A stretch of DNA of 56,804 nt, the filler included, from Sphacelaria rigidula (Eukaryota), in the NCBI GenBank assembly GCA_964200075.2. It is 5 parts of 5 records of this genome, joined end to end, with 100 filler letters (N's around TTAATTAATTAA, not from the genome) between each part and the next. Parts side by side here need not be neighbours in the genome. Positions count along the whole stretch, not along the records: positions 1 to 11,282 come from CAXNAA020005120.1; positions 11,383 to 22,664 come from CAXNAA020005121.1; 3 more parts are not named here. One strand, written 5' to 3'. Below are positions 1 to 12,083 of this stretch, in pieces. The notes beneath the pieces were generated by a model. That model did not search any database, was not told the DNA's origin, and saw nothing but the letters and a program-made list of their open reading frames with translations. Within the stretch, counting starts at the first letter, position 1. Every line of letters begins with the position of its first letter. Both the position numbers and the translations under genes were made by a program.

Positions 1-198
1 AAATACATGAAGGGAGTAAAAAATAGGGTCCTCGCACATTCGTCGAGTGAAAACCACTTTGCAACGAGAACGCCCGAACCTCTGTAAAACAAATTCGAAG
101 GCCCATTTTTATTTTATTTCATTCGGCATACCTCCGTGGGTTCTCGATGCTACGTTTTGAATCACAATTTTCAAGAATGAGCTCAAAACCTGAGATGA

Positions 199-675
199 GG
201 CCGGATGTTTCACAGATTTTTGGCCCACGGATTGTTCACTTTTGGGACGTTTGAGCCACTTTTTGACCCCCGAACAGGGAAAATCGCCAACACACGTCGC
301 GGACACTTTGCATCACCCCACAGAGAGGAGCCTGGCTCACTTTTCGGATTCGTTTGGCTCCAAGGTTTCGAGAGCGGCCGCTGAACAATAATTCGTGTGC
401 AAAACAATTTACGGCGATCTCCACAGATAATTGGTCAAACTGGCGGGGGTCGGCAAGCATAGAGTTTTGCACACGAATTATTGTTCCACGGCCACTCTCG
501 ACATCTCGGAGCCAAGTGACTCTGAAAATCAGACTCAGCTCCTCTCTCTGGGGTTAAGCAAAGTGTCCGAGACGTGTGTTGGCGATTATCCCTGTTTGGG
601 GGGCAAACAGTGGGTCAAATGTCCCAAAAGTGAACAATCTATGGGCCAGAAATCTGTTTGCCATAACATCCGGCC
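199..675. mobile_element. Foldback MITE, PIF/Harbinger (Tourist)-like
   Basis: Arms of ~210 bp (about 199-407 and 463-675) are diverged reverse complements. Termini are GGCCGGATGTT...AACATCCGGCC, flanked by TGA at 196-198 and 676-678 (3-bp TSD). The similar ORFs on opposite strands (109..306 and 431..721) result from this symmetry. Confidence 0.75.
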
Positions 676-1779
676 TGAGGTCGAACATCAATTTGCGTTT
701 CTCCAAAGTCGCCTAGAATAAGCACAAATAAAAAAAGCAAAGAAAAGCCAAAGTAGCAGAATGAAAGCTCGTTTTTTAATTTTATTCTGCACTACCGGTT
801 CTCCATACGAATTTTCGGAGCACCACTCTCAAAAACTAAGACGCAATATTCAGATTTTATGTGTTCCGTGCCTCCGGTCGTGATATATTGATTTTGTGTG
901 GAACCTCATGTACGCCGTATCTCAAGATAGATGACGAATTGCGTGAACGTGAGGGTATCTCCCTTCTCCGCCTGGTCCACGGAATGTCCACATCAACAAC
1001 CGTCGCCATCTACTGAATGTATCGGTTGGGATTTCATAAATACTCTAGTATACACGGAATCTCCGTAGGGTAATACGAGCTGGGGCAGCCTTCAAACGGA
1101 CTTCAGCACTCGAAGCAATATCTCATCGACACAGACGACTTGGGCCGTGATCCGCATATCGTATTAACCGTCGAATAAAGATAGACGTGCCCACCTCCTC
1201 AAAAATATGGGCCAATATTTTCTCGTTCTTTAAACCTCATGTCTAGTAATCCCTATACCGTACGGAGATAGCATCCACACTAAAATCTATGTGAAACCCG
1301 AAACGATACATTTAGCGGATGATGACGATTTTCGGTGTGGACTTCCCTGGAGCACGGGGAGACGATCGATAACCTCACCTTCACCTATTTCGTAATCTGT
1401 CTCGAGATATGACGCACGTAGTCTTTCATTCTAAAATCAATATATTACCGGCAGAGGCACTAGATGTTCTACTGTAAATCTGGATATCGCCTCTCACTTT
1501 TTTTAGACTTGTGCTGTGGAGTTTCGTATGGAGAACCGCTTGTGCAGAATACAAGTAATAAACAGCTTTTTGCCCTTTTTTTCGCTTTCTCGTCATTTTT
1601 TTCGTGTTTAGGGGAGTTTTTAGGAGAAATGAACATTGCACACTCTGGACAATGGACACAATGATCATTGCTTCAGCAATAGACACAGGGAAAAATCTAT
1701 CGATATACATATATTATCCAACACGATAGATGGTGAAACACATCTATTGGTATATGTATTGCAAGGGACAAAAGATGCT

Positions 1780-2140
1780 GCGATAGTCGATGGATAGCCG
1801 TTGGCAATTACAATAAAGATAACTCGCCATCAATGGACATCGTTTACCGCATTAGATTCTGGATTGTATATATCGATAGCCACTGCCGTGATCAATAGGT
1901 TTGGGGAGCCATCCATCGACAGTCGTTGCCGTCATCAATAGATTAAGTGAGTTATCCATCGAAACCATTTATCGCCATCAAAAGATTTGGCGAGCCGTCT
2001 ATCGGTAGCCTCTGCTGCCAACAGTGCATTTTTTGGTATTTACCAATAAGGGCATTGCCGTCAACAATCGATTGCTCTCAGGAGCACCTATCGGCAGCCA
2101 GTGACGCAAACGATGGGTTTTGAAAAACAGATTGCTCAGT
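1780..2140. repeat. Degenerate ~43-bp tandem array
   Basis: ATCG-anchored units (ATCGAYAGYC...GCCGTSATCAATAG) at 1872, 1915, 1958 and 2001, with weaker units on either side. Confidence 0.65.
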
Positions 2141-2289
2141 GCAGTGGTGTCATGATACCAACGACAACACCCCTTACACATCAACACGCAACGACCCGAG
2201 GCGATAGCTAGCCATAATTTCTGTGGAATTAAGCGGAATCATGAATCGAAAAATCTGCATACATAGCGCTAGTGATCGACGCCATTCAG

Positions 2290-2530
2290 CTATCGTTGTG
2301 GTCAGCAATAGATATTGGTGGCCGCGATTCAAGCTGCTTTGTGACCAGCGGTAGACATTGGTGGCCGCAGTTCAGATTCTTTTGTGACCCTCGATAGACA
2401 TTGGTGGACGAAATTGATATCCTGTTGTGACCAACAATATGTATTGGTGGCCAAGTGGTAAATCCGGGTGTGATTGACAATAAACATTGGTGGCCACAAT
2501 TCAGAGCCTACTGCAACAAATAACATGTAT
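2290..2530. repeat. 43-bp tandem array, 5 units
   Basis: Invariant ATTGGTGG core at 2314, 2357, 2400, 2443 and 2486 (exact 43-bp period), with TGTGA/TGTGG just upstream in each unit. Confidence 0.8.
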
Positions 2531-4612
2531 CGATACACAACTGGGCCCCTCCACTCTCACGGCAATGATGCATCATATCCCTTGTCCCGAATCTATTGTC
2601 GCCTACAATAGCTATCGATAGACTTTGATGTCAGTCGATTGTAACTGACAATGAACATCGACAGTAAAATTTTCGGGGCTATTGCAGCGCCAATGTTCTA
2701 TGTCATAGTCTATTGTCCACGGTATAAGCACATCTCACCCACACACAAAAGTACTGACACCACACCAACAGCAAAAGTTGTGAACTTTTGTCTATACATG
2801 TTGTGGGTTCTTACAAAATACAAGCGTTCCAAAATTGTAGAAACAGGATGTCATACATTCACAAGTAGTATCATTACTTCCTCTGTCCCATAAGTAAAGG
2901 TACCTAAATTTGTACGGGCCCTAAACGATGTCCGTTTTTTTTCATGAACTCTACGGTGTTTTTTGGGTTGAGCAAATGTGTTTAAAATTTGCGGCTCGTG
3001 CTTAAATTAAACCATGCAGCCGCGCGGCCGAGAAAAAGTAGGTCGGTCCAAAGACGGCCATTTTCCGCTTGTTTTCCCAGGAAAGCAGGATAGCCCCGGG
3101 AACACGTAAAATCGCGAAAAATGGGCTAACAAATGTCAAAATCGCGAAACCACCGTTGATTTTGGACATGTCCGTGATATTAACCTACGCACGCCCCATC
3201 CAACATTTTGTTAGCATGTAATTGCTAGTGCTCGGCGTGAAAACGTCCAAAATCGGTCTATGATGGGGGGGAAATGGATCAAGAAGGGTCAAAATGGGGT
3301 ATATTTCGACATAGTTTTAGTGATGAAAACAAGTTTTATTTTTCCCGTTTTCTGTTTTTCATCAGCTTCGTCTGCGCTTTGCCTTTCTAACGAACCCAAC
3401 CACAACATCGTCGCCACCACTGGCATACCTAAACAATGTATCGCCGTTAGGTACCTTTACTTATGTGACAGAGGAAGTATATGCTCATTGCATGTCCGCC
3501 TGCGGCTTCTCTATGGTACCTTAACGGAGTATAATATGCTCTATACGTAGTATGTTACGATGTAGGTGTGGCAATACAGGCTGGGCCAGCCTACTAGCGA
3601 ACTTGTACTTTGAAAGGCAAATTTGCATTTTTTTTCTTTGGAGTTTGATAATGAACTTTGGTATGGACAATCAACAGGGCATGAAGAAAAGCTGTCTGTG
3701 AGGTCCCGAAGTTTTTTTTCTTCCCATGAGTCAAGGGCATTTTACTAAAAGAGAAATGGCCTAGAAAAGGTATACCTTGACGTATTTCGCCCTAAGGAGG
3801 TACGAAAAATGGCCAGAAACGCGGAAACAGCCAAACACGCCATTTTGACCGTTTCCGCTCCGGATTTTCCACGCACATCATTCGGGGGGGGCATTGGCAC
3901 CCGATCCTCGAAAAAAAACGGGAAAAAAACATGTTACTCGAGAGATATGGCCACGCGAAAATGAACGTCTCGCCTCCAGAAACCGCTCACCTTTTGTAGG
4001 CCAAGTTTCGCCCAGGTAGGTATACCTGATGTAGGAATTCTTTTTCAATCGTACCTTATCTGGGTCACCGATCGGCCAAGAACGCACCTGTGGTAGGCCA
4101 TCGCTCTCCAAACTGTACCTGATGCGGCACATCGCGCGCAAGGGAGTCCACGCACCTACTCCAGCCATAGCGCCCACACATTCGGCTCTTTTCCCGCTCA
4201 TTTGTCGTTCACGAACGCCACAACGACCACACCCCTTTCTCCCCGGAAATAGTTCCTGAGTCTCTCCGCACCTACACAAGAACTGGACTCACAACTCACG
4301 ACACGTCGGTCTTTTGCGCTTGTGGAGTGTTATGTATAGCCGTGCCGTTGTGATCTGGGGCTGGTGGCAGCGTGCAGTCAGCGTGCCGTCATCAGGAACG
4401 GTTATCACATAATTCATGGTTGGTATAAGGAACGGATACGAACCGTCACGCATGTGTGAATATGGAGACAGCACAGTCACTGATACCGTTTAGCGACAAA
4501 GAGCTACATGCGCCCGACAGAATGGCACACGCACTCAGAACCATCATCCACCTCGATCGTGAGAGAGAATCACCAACGACGAGCAAGAAGCTCGGGACGT
4601 GTCCTCAGCCTC

Positions 4613-5211
4613 ATGTCTGGTGCCGCGGCTGTTAATGGGCCCCCGCGTTTGAAGGCGGCGAAGGTGGTGCGGGGTGATATATACGCCTCGAAACCAAGCC
4701 TGACCAAGGCGGTCACTCGGATGTTGCTTTCGGAGGGCAGAACCGTGAAAAGAGGCAACGGAGGTAGCAGACAGGCCGTTTATCGCTGCCAGGGTCAGGT
4801 TGTCTATCTCGTAGACGATAACAAGAATGAGATGGGGTGTTTGTTCCGTATCAACGGATGCAAACGCGGCAAGACTGGCGAGTGGAACGTGACGTTCGTG
4901 CATGACGAGCACCTGAACTGCTCGGGCGCGAGAGGCAAACGCGGTCCGGGCGCCGCGATGGTGGAAGATGTGGGCACCGCCATTGTGGCTAACAACCCCA
5001 CCGTGAGCGCGCGGGCACTGGGGGACATCATGAAGGCCCAAACGGGGGTCACTTTGAGTCGGCGGACGTCCAGTCGAGTGAAGTGCACGGCGGTGACCAA
5101 CACCAACCTGGACAGTCGCGAAGGTTTCGCTGTGCTCGGGTCCTACCTGTCGCCGATCGCTCAGGATTGCAGCGGTTCCGTGACTGATGTCGAGGTTAGT
5201 ATGCGCAGCCT

Positions 5212-5246
<35 letters not shown>

Positions 5247-8200
5247 GCTGTTGTTGCTGTTGTCTTCACATTCAAAGCCGTTCCGATATGTGCGTAGTGA
5301 ATTCGTACTGGGCATCTGATGCGGACGCCTTCCGTGGTCACAGGCTGACAAAAAACCAAGAATCAAAGTAGACCCAGATTTGTAAAATAGTCGATGCGGC
5401 TAATAGTAGTGAGCATGGGTATGATTTTCATCGTCCAAAGTATTTCGCGTGACGGATGGCTTCGAAGTGGGAGACGCGAACCTGTTTTTTTTTCCGGATG
5501 TTCGACATGAAACCATACCCACAGTCATGTAGCGATGGAGGTGCATATGTGCTAAACGTCGAGCATTGTGCGCGTCGTACAGACAGTCGAAACAGACAAC
5601 AAGAACAGTACAACGGTACCCGTAGAGACGTGGAGATGAGTTGCGGAAACATTTCAAGGCTTTGCACGTTACACGTTCACGTTTGAATTTTCACACATGA
5701 GTTGAGCGAGCTGGGACTACAGTGGGACGACACGCGACTTGATATATGCATGCACCACCCTTCCCGCCCACACGTCAACCCTCGGAGAACCTGACTCTGG
5801 TCGGGCGTGAGAGGTATCCGTTTTTTGGGGGAGAGTACCCGCGGTCATGCATTGGATAATGGCGACGGTAGTCACCGCACTGTGTACAAGCGAGGTTCTG
5901 TTCATCTCTGTACAGAGGTGAAAAATGAGCAGATTTCGATAATCTGATTTTATTCCTCGACTGCCAATGAAAGAGGGAGGGGGGGGGGGGAAAGGGTTTC
6001 TATCGGCGACGCTCATTAGCGTTTGTTGCGGATCATCGCAGGCCACATGAACTCATTTACCGTTAGTACGCCCATTTTCTGACCCGTTCGTGACCGGGAT
6101 ACATGGCCATAACTGTCGTTCAGCTGCGCATCTTATGTTATCCCTCAGGCGTGAAAAGCGACGATGCTTCCAAGGGTGGAGCAATACATTCAATACTGTA
6201 CCGCAAGCACCGTGTTGACGCGCGTGCGTTTCCCCCCGCCGCCCCATGTCCGGCGGCGTCCCCATACGCCCATGATGAAGTATCTCCGTCCTCGATATGT
6301 CTGCGCGAACTCTCTGCGTTAGAACATAATCCCAGCACGGTGACACCAAGCGGAGTCGCCCGTGTCATACGCTCCAACCGAATGCAGTCGTTGTGCGCCA
6401 GACCCTGAAATATCGCCCCCGTCGTCGTCTGCTGTACCTACCCGGCTCGCGCAGTGGGACACCAAAGGACGCTTCAAACGCCTCTTCGTCATGCTTGGGC
6501 GGTCGGTGAACGTGGCCGTGGAAAGTCCTCAAGAGGTGATTCAGCTGTATTTTTCGGTGTCGTAGATAATGCGCCAGCGCCCGAGAGACCGAAGGCGTGA
6601 CTTTCAGACCTTGACCCGCATTACGCAGGAACTCCCGCCGCCGGGGGGTGCGTTCTTCTGTACCGTATACAAGGCATAGGCATACCTAGTGCAGGTCGGG
6701 TACGGTAAGTAAATTTCAACACTTGGATGAAAAGACACGGGTATCTGCTGTACCCAAGACTTCTACATATGGTTCGGTTACATGTCGTATGGCCTCAAAT
6801 ACTAGACCCTAGTTTCACGTGGACTGGGTACCGCCTCACATACTGTACCTGAATATTTACTGAGCACTCTCAGCAAAATCTATGTATAGAGGATCACGTG
6901 GGTATGATATCCACACTGTACTAAAACAGGGTAGATAATGCACGACCTAAAAAAATCCACCCGATTTTGGGGTAGATTGTATGCGAGCTAAAATAAACTA
7001 CCCAAGTCATGTGTATGTTGGGTACGACCTCAAATACTCCACCAAATTTTAGGGTGTGTTGAATGCGAAGTCTAATTCTCGGCCGAAATATCGGGAAAGC
7101 ACTTTGAGCAACAATTGCGCATTGTTGATCACTCGGGTATGAACTCAACACTCTTCCCAAAATTGTGCTCAATACGTGGTATTCGCGCGGTAACGTTCCG
7201 TGCCTGAAGTGGTGCACTGGCGCGGTACCACGTGCCATGACTAACTGACCGTTACAGTGATCGAATACGAGGGGGGGTTGCGAACACCATCGGGGGCCAT
7301 TTCCACGTGTATGTGAGCGCACCGTTCCCTCCTCCTCTTCCTCCGGGCGAAAATTTACAGATTTTCTGCATGGACTGCGCTCACCTGAAGGGCACATGGA
7401 ACGGAATTTACTCTCTTCTCACCGTGAAAGACGCAGACAACAAGGTGGTGATCGTATGCCTGGTGGCACACAAAAAAAACCAAGAGGTGTATCGATAGAT
7501 GATGCACAACGCGAAGCGAAATCCTGAAATGTCTGCGTGGTTGAACAAGCGATCCACTACGTACTTCGTGGACGGCCGCAAGGGGTCCGAGGCAGGCGTG
7601 CCACCAGAGGTACCGCTGGCTGAGCAAGGGCTGTGCGTGCGGCATCTGGCGAACAACATAACACCGGCGCTGGGACGGGTGCGTCAAAGATATCATACGG
7701 TTCGATTGAGTGGCGTCAGTCGCAAGTCGTGGGGCTAATGTACGGATAGGTGCTGGGGCAGGGGGCGGGCGTGTAGAGCCGGGTTTGTGCGAGTGTGTGT
7801 GTCGGGGAGGGGGGGGGGGGGGGGGGGGGAGCCATGAGCAGGCGTGCTTTGAGAAAACAAATCAAAAAAGGAATTATGCAAGAATCATAAAAACANNNNN
7901 NNNNGGGGTGGGGGGGGGGGGGGGGGGGGGGGGTGGTGGTGTTGGTGGGGGTGGGGGGGGGGGGGGGGGGGGGGGGGGGGGAGGAGGTACTCATGATCAT
8001 GCATGCCTTCAGAGAATCAATCAATCAAGGAATTATGCCATAGTCATAAGACCATTAACCTCGCATCCCTAATCCCAACTCAAATAGTGGCTGACATGAT
8101 GCTCTGTTGTCGCCCGTCGCGATGCATTGCTCATCTCGCGATACCCGTCCCCATGCATGTGATGCTGTTCTTGCCAGACTAACTTCGGGCACATATTCAA

Positions 8201-11200
8201 CGCCGCGAGAGCCCCGACCGAGGCGTCTATCACGTATTTCCTGGACAAGGTGAAGGCCGACAAACCCACGGCATACGAGAAGTGGATGAGAATTGACCCC
8301 ACGTTATGGGCGTACCACACACGCGGTGGCAATCGTGCGTGGGACTAGATAACGACAAACATGGTAGAGAGCTGCAACATGATTGGAGCCGCGGTAAGGA
8401 TCCGAGTATAAATGTCTGCGCGCTAGGCGCATACTGCGTGGGGTTGATGTGGTGACCGCCCGCCGTCCGTCCGTCGCGTCTTGTTTTGCAGCTGTCGACA
8501 AGTATTATGGAATGCGTAAAATCGGGGCCCCGTTGCCGTGAGAAATGGCCACATGAGCGCCAGCGGTTTGCCACAATTGATATTTCGGTGGTACGCCCTT
8601 TGCCGCGCAGGTCACGAGCAAACCGTGTATTTCACAGTAAGCAGCGGACAGCCACGACTTTGTGCGCCTGTTATCTTTTCTAGGCAGCTGCAACGACCTC
8701 AAATCTTCTTCATCGGAAGGACCTGTGTCTACGATGAATTTCAAACTACAACTGTCGGTCGCATTTCTCCCTCTGTGCGCGATGCCCAGTTGCGGGAGCG
8801 GCCAGTGTTCGACTTCACCAAGGGCATGGTGGAGATGGTGGCGGAAAAGTTGCACGAGGCCGCATAACTCAAGAAGAGAAGCCGTCAGGTGTTCGCACCT
8901 TGGCTGGAAGAAGTCCGAGATCGCAAGCTTTCGTGGTCTAAAGAGTGAGCCAAGTAACTCCACTGCATATTACACTGTAAACCACTTGAGCGTAGCACAT
9001 ATGTAGTCGCTGTCTGCGGTCAGTTGTGATGGCCACGACGGTGCCGCGCTCGTCCATGATGGTCTCGTGGTCTATTGTCGATGATTTTTAGGTATATCCT
9101 ACGTGGTTGCCTCTCGCTTGTCCGACCTTTGTCACCATCTTTCACGAATTACATCTTCGCCATTCGACGACACCGTTGCCTTTCCATGTTGCGGCATACA
9201 GGCTGTTGGTGAAGACGTCTTCTGAAGGCAAGTACACGGTAGCCATGAAGACGAACCCCAGGACGGAAAATCAGGTGACGCTGGAGTGGGGTTCAACGGT
9301 CCAGCCAGTCAAGATGGAGTGCGGCTGCGGATATGTGCTCAGATGGGGGTTGCCTTGCCGCCACGTGTTGGCAGTCTGCGAGAGTGAGTAACATGTGTCG
9401 TCCAAACATTGTTGACGATGCCTTATCGCGGAGACAAATCAAGGCGGGGCGTGAAATGTACCGCAACTGAAGAGAAAAATGCTCGCATCGAGTCGTTATT
9501 GTACGTACATGGAAAGAAAATGAAAAAATCAGCTGCAGTACATGAAGCTGACCTCCGGCATGGAATATGCCACGAGCCTCTCCCTCGATTACACTCGGTG
9601 CTGTCTCCGCCCGCACAGCTCCCCGTTCTCTTCATGGGTGCTGTGTAAGTTTAGCATTGACGCGTCGTCACGCTTCTGTCGGTGTCTACAGGATGTTCAG
9701 TCACACGTTGCACCTATTGTTGTGCGCACGTATGAGAACTTCTCCAGCATGTCCTAGGATTGCATCAAGGATGACAGCTTAACCTCGAACACTCTCACCT
9801 TTGTAGCATAAGAAGTAAATCGCTTTTGTGAAAAGCGCAAGTAACAGTGTTTTCGTGAATTTGAGAGTAGAGGATACAGTTGAGAGTGAAAAGCGGCCAA
9901 TTAGTGACGGAATCGTTTCAGTTCCGAGATGCCCCTCCCTGAGGCCCAATATGCTTACCGTAGTAGCTTGCCGCTGAGGCTTTTGATATCCCTGAGCAGG
10001 ATATCGACGTGTAGCTGTAAGCACACGCCAGTGGTGGACACAAAGAAAGGCACACACGGAATGAAGAAATGTCGATGTTACAGCGAATCATCAAAGCCAC
10101 TCTCAATCAGCGCTCTTCTCTCAATTCTCACGAAAACGTTGTTGAGTGTCTCGGGATTTCAGCGAGCACTGTGAAAGCATAGTATCCATCTTACTACCTC
10201 ATCTAGTCACGTGTTCACTAGTGAATAGTAGCCTACGTGCTCATCTTGTCCCATGTTTCGGCCGAAGAGCTGCGATCGGCCGCGGGTTCGCAATGAAGAC
10301 GTACCATCGTGCACTACTGAGCGGGCTGTCCTATATTTTATCCTTCACGCCGGTGTACACCTTGCGCTATACGTGGGCGCATCAGCAGGGGTGACACAAG
10401 AGAAAAGTTGAATTCCTCTTGTTTCTATTAGTGCCTGATTTGTATTCGCGATATGGGTCCAACGGTCCCTTTCCCTTATCGACCGTGGTATCGAATTTTG
10501 TGTAGCCACGACATTGTTGCTCCCCATTGTTGGGAAATGTATGGCCAAAAATTCCACCTGTTGCGACTACACCGAACGGACCCACCAGGGTGATCGGCTA
10601 CTGCTGCGAATATGTTCGGCACCAGCGCAGCAGTACAGCAGTAGTGGACTAGTATATACCATCGCAGCATACTTCCTGTCATTGAAGAACAGTGAAATTG
10701 ATCACATCTCAAATTCTAGCAACCTTGGTTGGGAAAAAGAAACGAACCGTGTGTCGGTGTGCCCGGTCAAGAAGGGATGTGACGAGCATGATGGAGCATG
10801 ATATCCATGTACGGAGCATAATTAATGTTTTTTTTCTCGACAGTACAAGCATGAGTCGCTCATAATTTCCACGCCACGAGCAATGTATTTGGTGAAAGTA
10901 CAAGCATAAGAAACGACTTTGGCAGCATAATCAGCACAACCCTACCATGCTCCCCATCGTCGTTTGTTGTCTGCGCTTCACGTTTGCAGGCACGAACACT
11001 CTCGACCGGTCGCTGACGCTCACACCGGAGAGCTTCAGGCTAGAGAACTACCGCTCGACGGCCTACACCCCAGCGTTGAAGATCGTTCTCCCGACCTGGG
11101 GCCAGCTCACACGTGATAAAACGCGTTGTGACCCCCCAAGGGTGAAGCAAGCTGGTGCACCCACAAAGGGCCGCCCTAGGAAAAAACGCATCCCCGGGGT

Positions 11201-11282
11201 AGGCGACTACGCCTCGTCTTCCAAGTACAACACCGCAATTGCGGCGCCCGCGCCATCCAGCACCACGGGAGCGCAAGGCGGT
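4613..11282 (+). mobile_element. Mutator-like (MULE) DDE transposase gene, 7 exons, inactivated by in-frame stops, truncated by contig end
   Basis: Phase-consistent GT-AG exons: 4613-5194, 6455-6535, 7361-7678, 8178-8393, 8790-8944, 9202-9383, 10990-11282. Motifs: N-terminal Zn ribbon (YRC...GCLFRING...W.V...H.NC), MULE core (FKRLFV; MDCAHLKG; KDADN; VDGRKG; CVRHLANN; TTNMVES), SWIM finger (CGCG...GLPCRHVLAV), basic tail (PP...GRPRKKRI). Stops: TAG 7496-7498, TAG 8346-8348, TAA 8865-8867. Confidence 0.9.
5212..5263. repeat. (TGT)n microsatellite in MULE intron 1
   Basis: About 17 TGT/TGC units just after the GTTAGT donor at 5195. This explains the spurious poly-Cys in ORF 4508..5371. Confidence 0.9.
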
Positions 11283-11382
11283 NNNNNNNNNNNNNNNNNN
11301 NNNNNNNNNNNNNNNNNNNNNNNNNNTTAATTAATTAANNNNNNNNNNNNNNNNNNNNNNNNNNNNNNNNNNNNNNNNNNNN
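11283..11382. other. Artificial contig linker
   Basis: N44-TTAATTAATTAA-N44; the 12-mer has stops in all six frames. Confidence 0.95.
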
Positions 11383-11391
11383 GGGCGGGGG

Positions 11392-11433
<42 letters not shown>

Positions 11434-12083
11434 CGCGTAGTTTCTACAGTGAGTACCAAGACAGTCAGACGAACATACTTTCCACAAGTGGGGCCGTCTC
11501 GGGTGTCAATACACAGCACACACTGAATGCTCCCTTTTCCCAATGTAATCCAGCCGATGCATCTCCCCCCACTTCTCGAGAACTGCTGATAATATGTCGG
11601 TTGCTGATGGTGGTCGTCTTTTTTCTTCTGGGAACAAAACAGCTATTTTTTTTCATCTTGTCCGCCTCGCAACACTGGCTTCCATCTCGGAGTGGAGCAG
11701 GGTTTGTTGCTGTTCGTCACCTAGAGGTTGGGTAGTGCTCCCTCGAGCATTCGCAATTTGTACGTGAAGCGTTTTTCCAAAATCGACGGGTACGCTGTAT
11801 GCTTCTGCAGCAGCACCATGTGTTGTATCAAGAAAAATGAAATATGTTGGCGACTCCCGGTCCACGGGGCAAGCCTATGCTAGTGGTTTGCAAAGTCGGA
11901 ATGGGTCGTACTTCTCTTGGATCCATTCGACACGGGAAAGACCAATAGTGCGTACCACTCATGACCGGTTCACACGAGCACATGGACTCACCTGGGATTC
12001 TGCCCTCGCCTTCCCCCCGTCACCGGTGTTGTTGTTGTTGCTGTTTTCTGGTATTCCATTCCTTCCCTCTTGTCCTGTGCCAG

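Noticed and set aside
2290..2530. CRISPR array
   Set aside because: Repeats are degenerate, the variable part is only ~15 nt and partly related between units, the context is eukaryotic, and no cas genes are present.
7496..8867. UAR-to-Gln genetic code (MULE and LOV in-frame stops are all TAA/TAG; the one intact gene ends in TGA)
   Set aside because: Too few cases, nearly all in decayed elements; the 7496 position is expected to be aromatic rather than Gln; single substitutions explain each stop; the DENN, USP and 138-aa exons contain no in-frame TAR. A codon-reassignment analysis on conserved genes would settle it.
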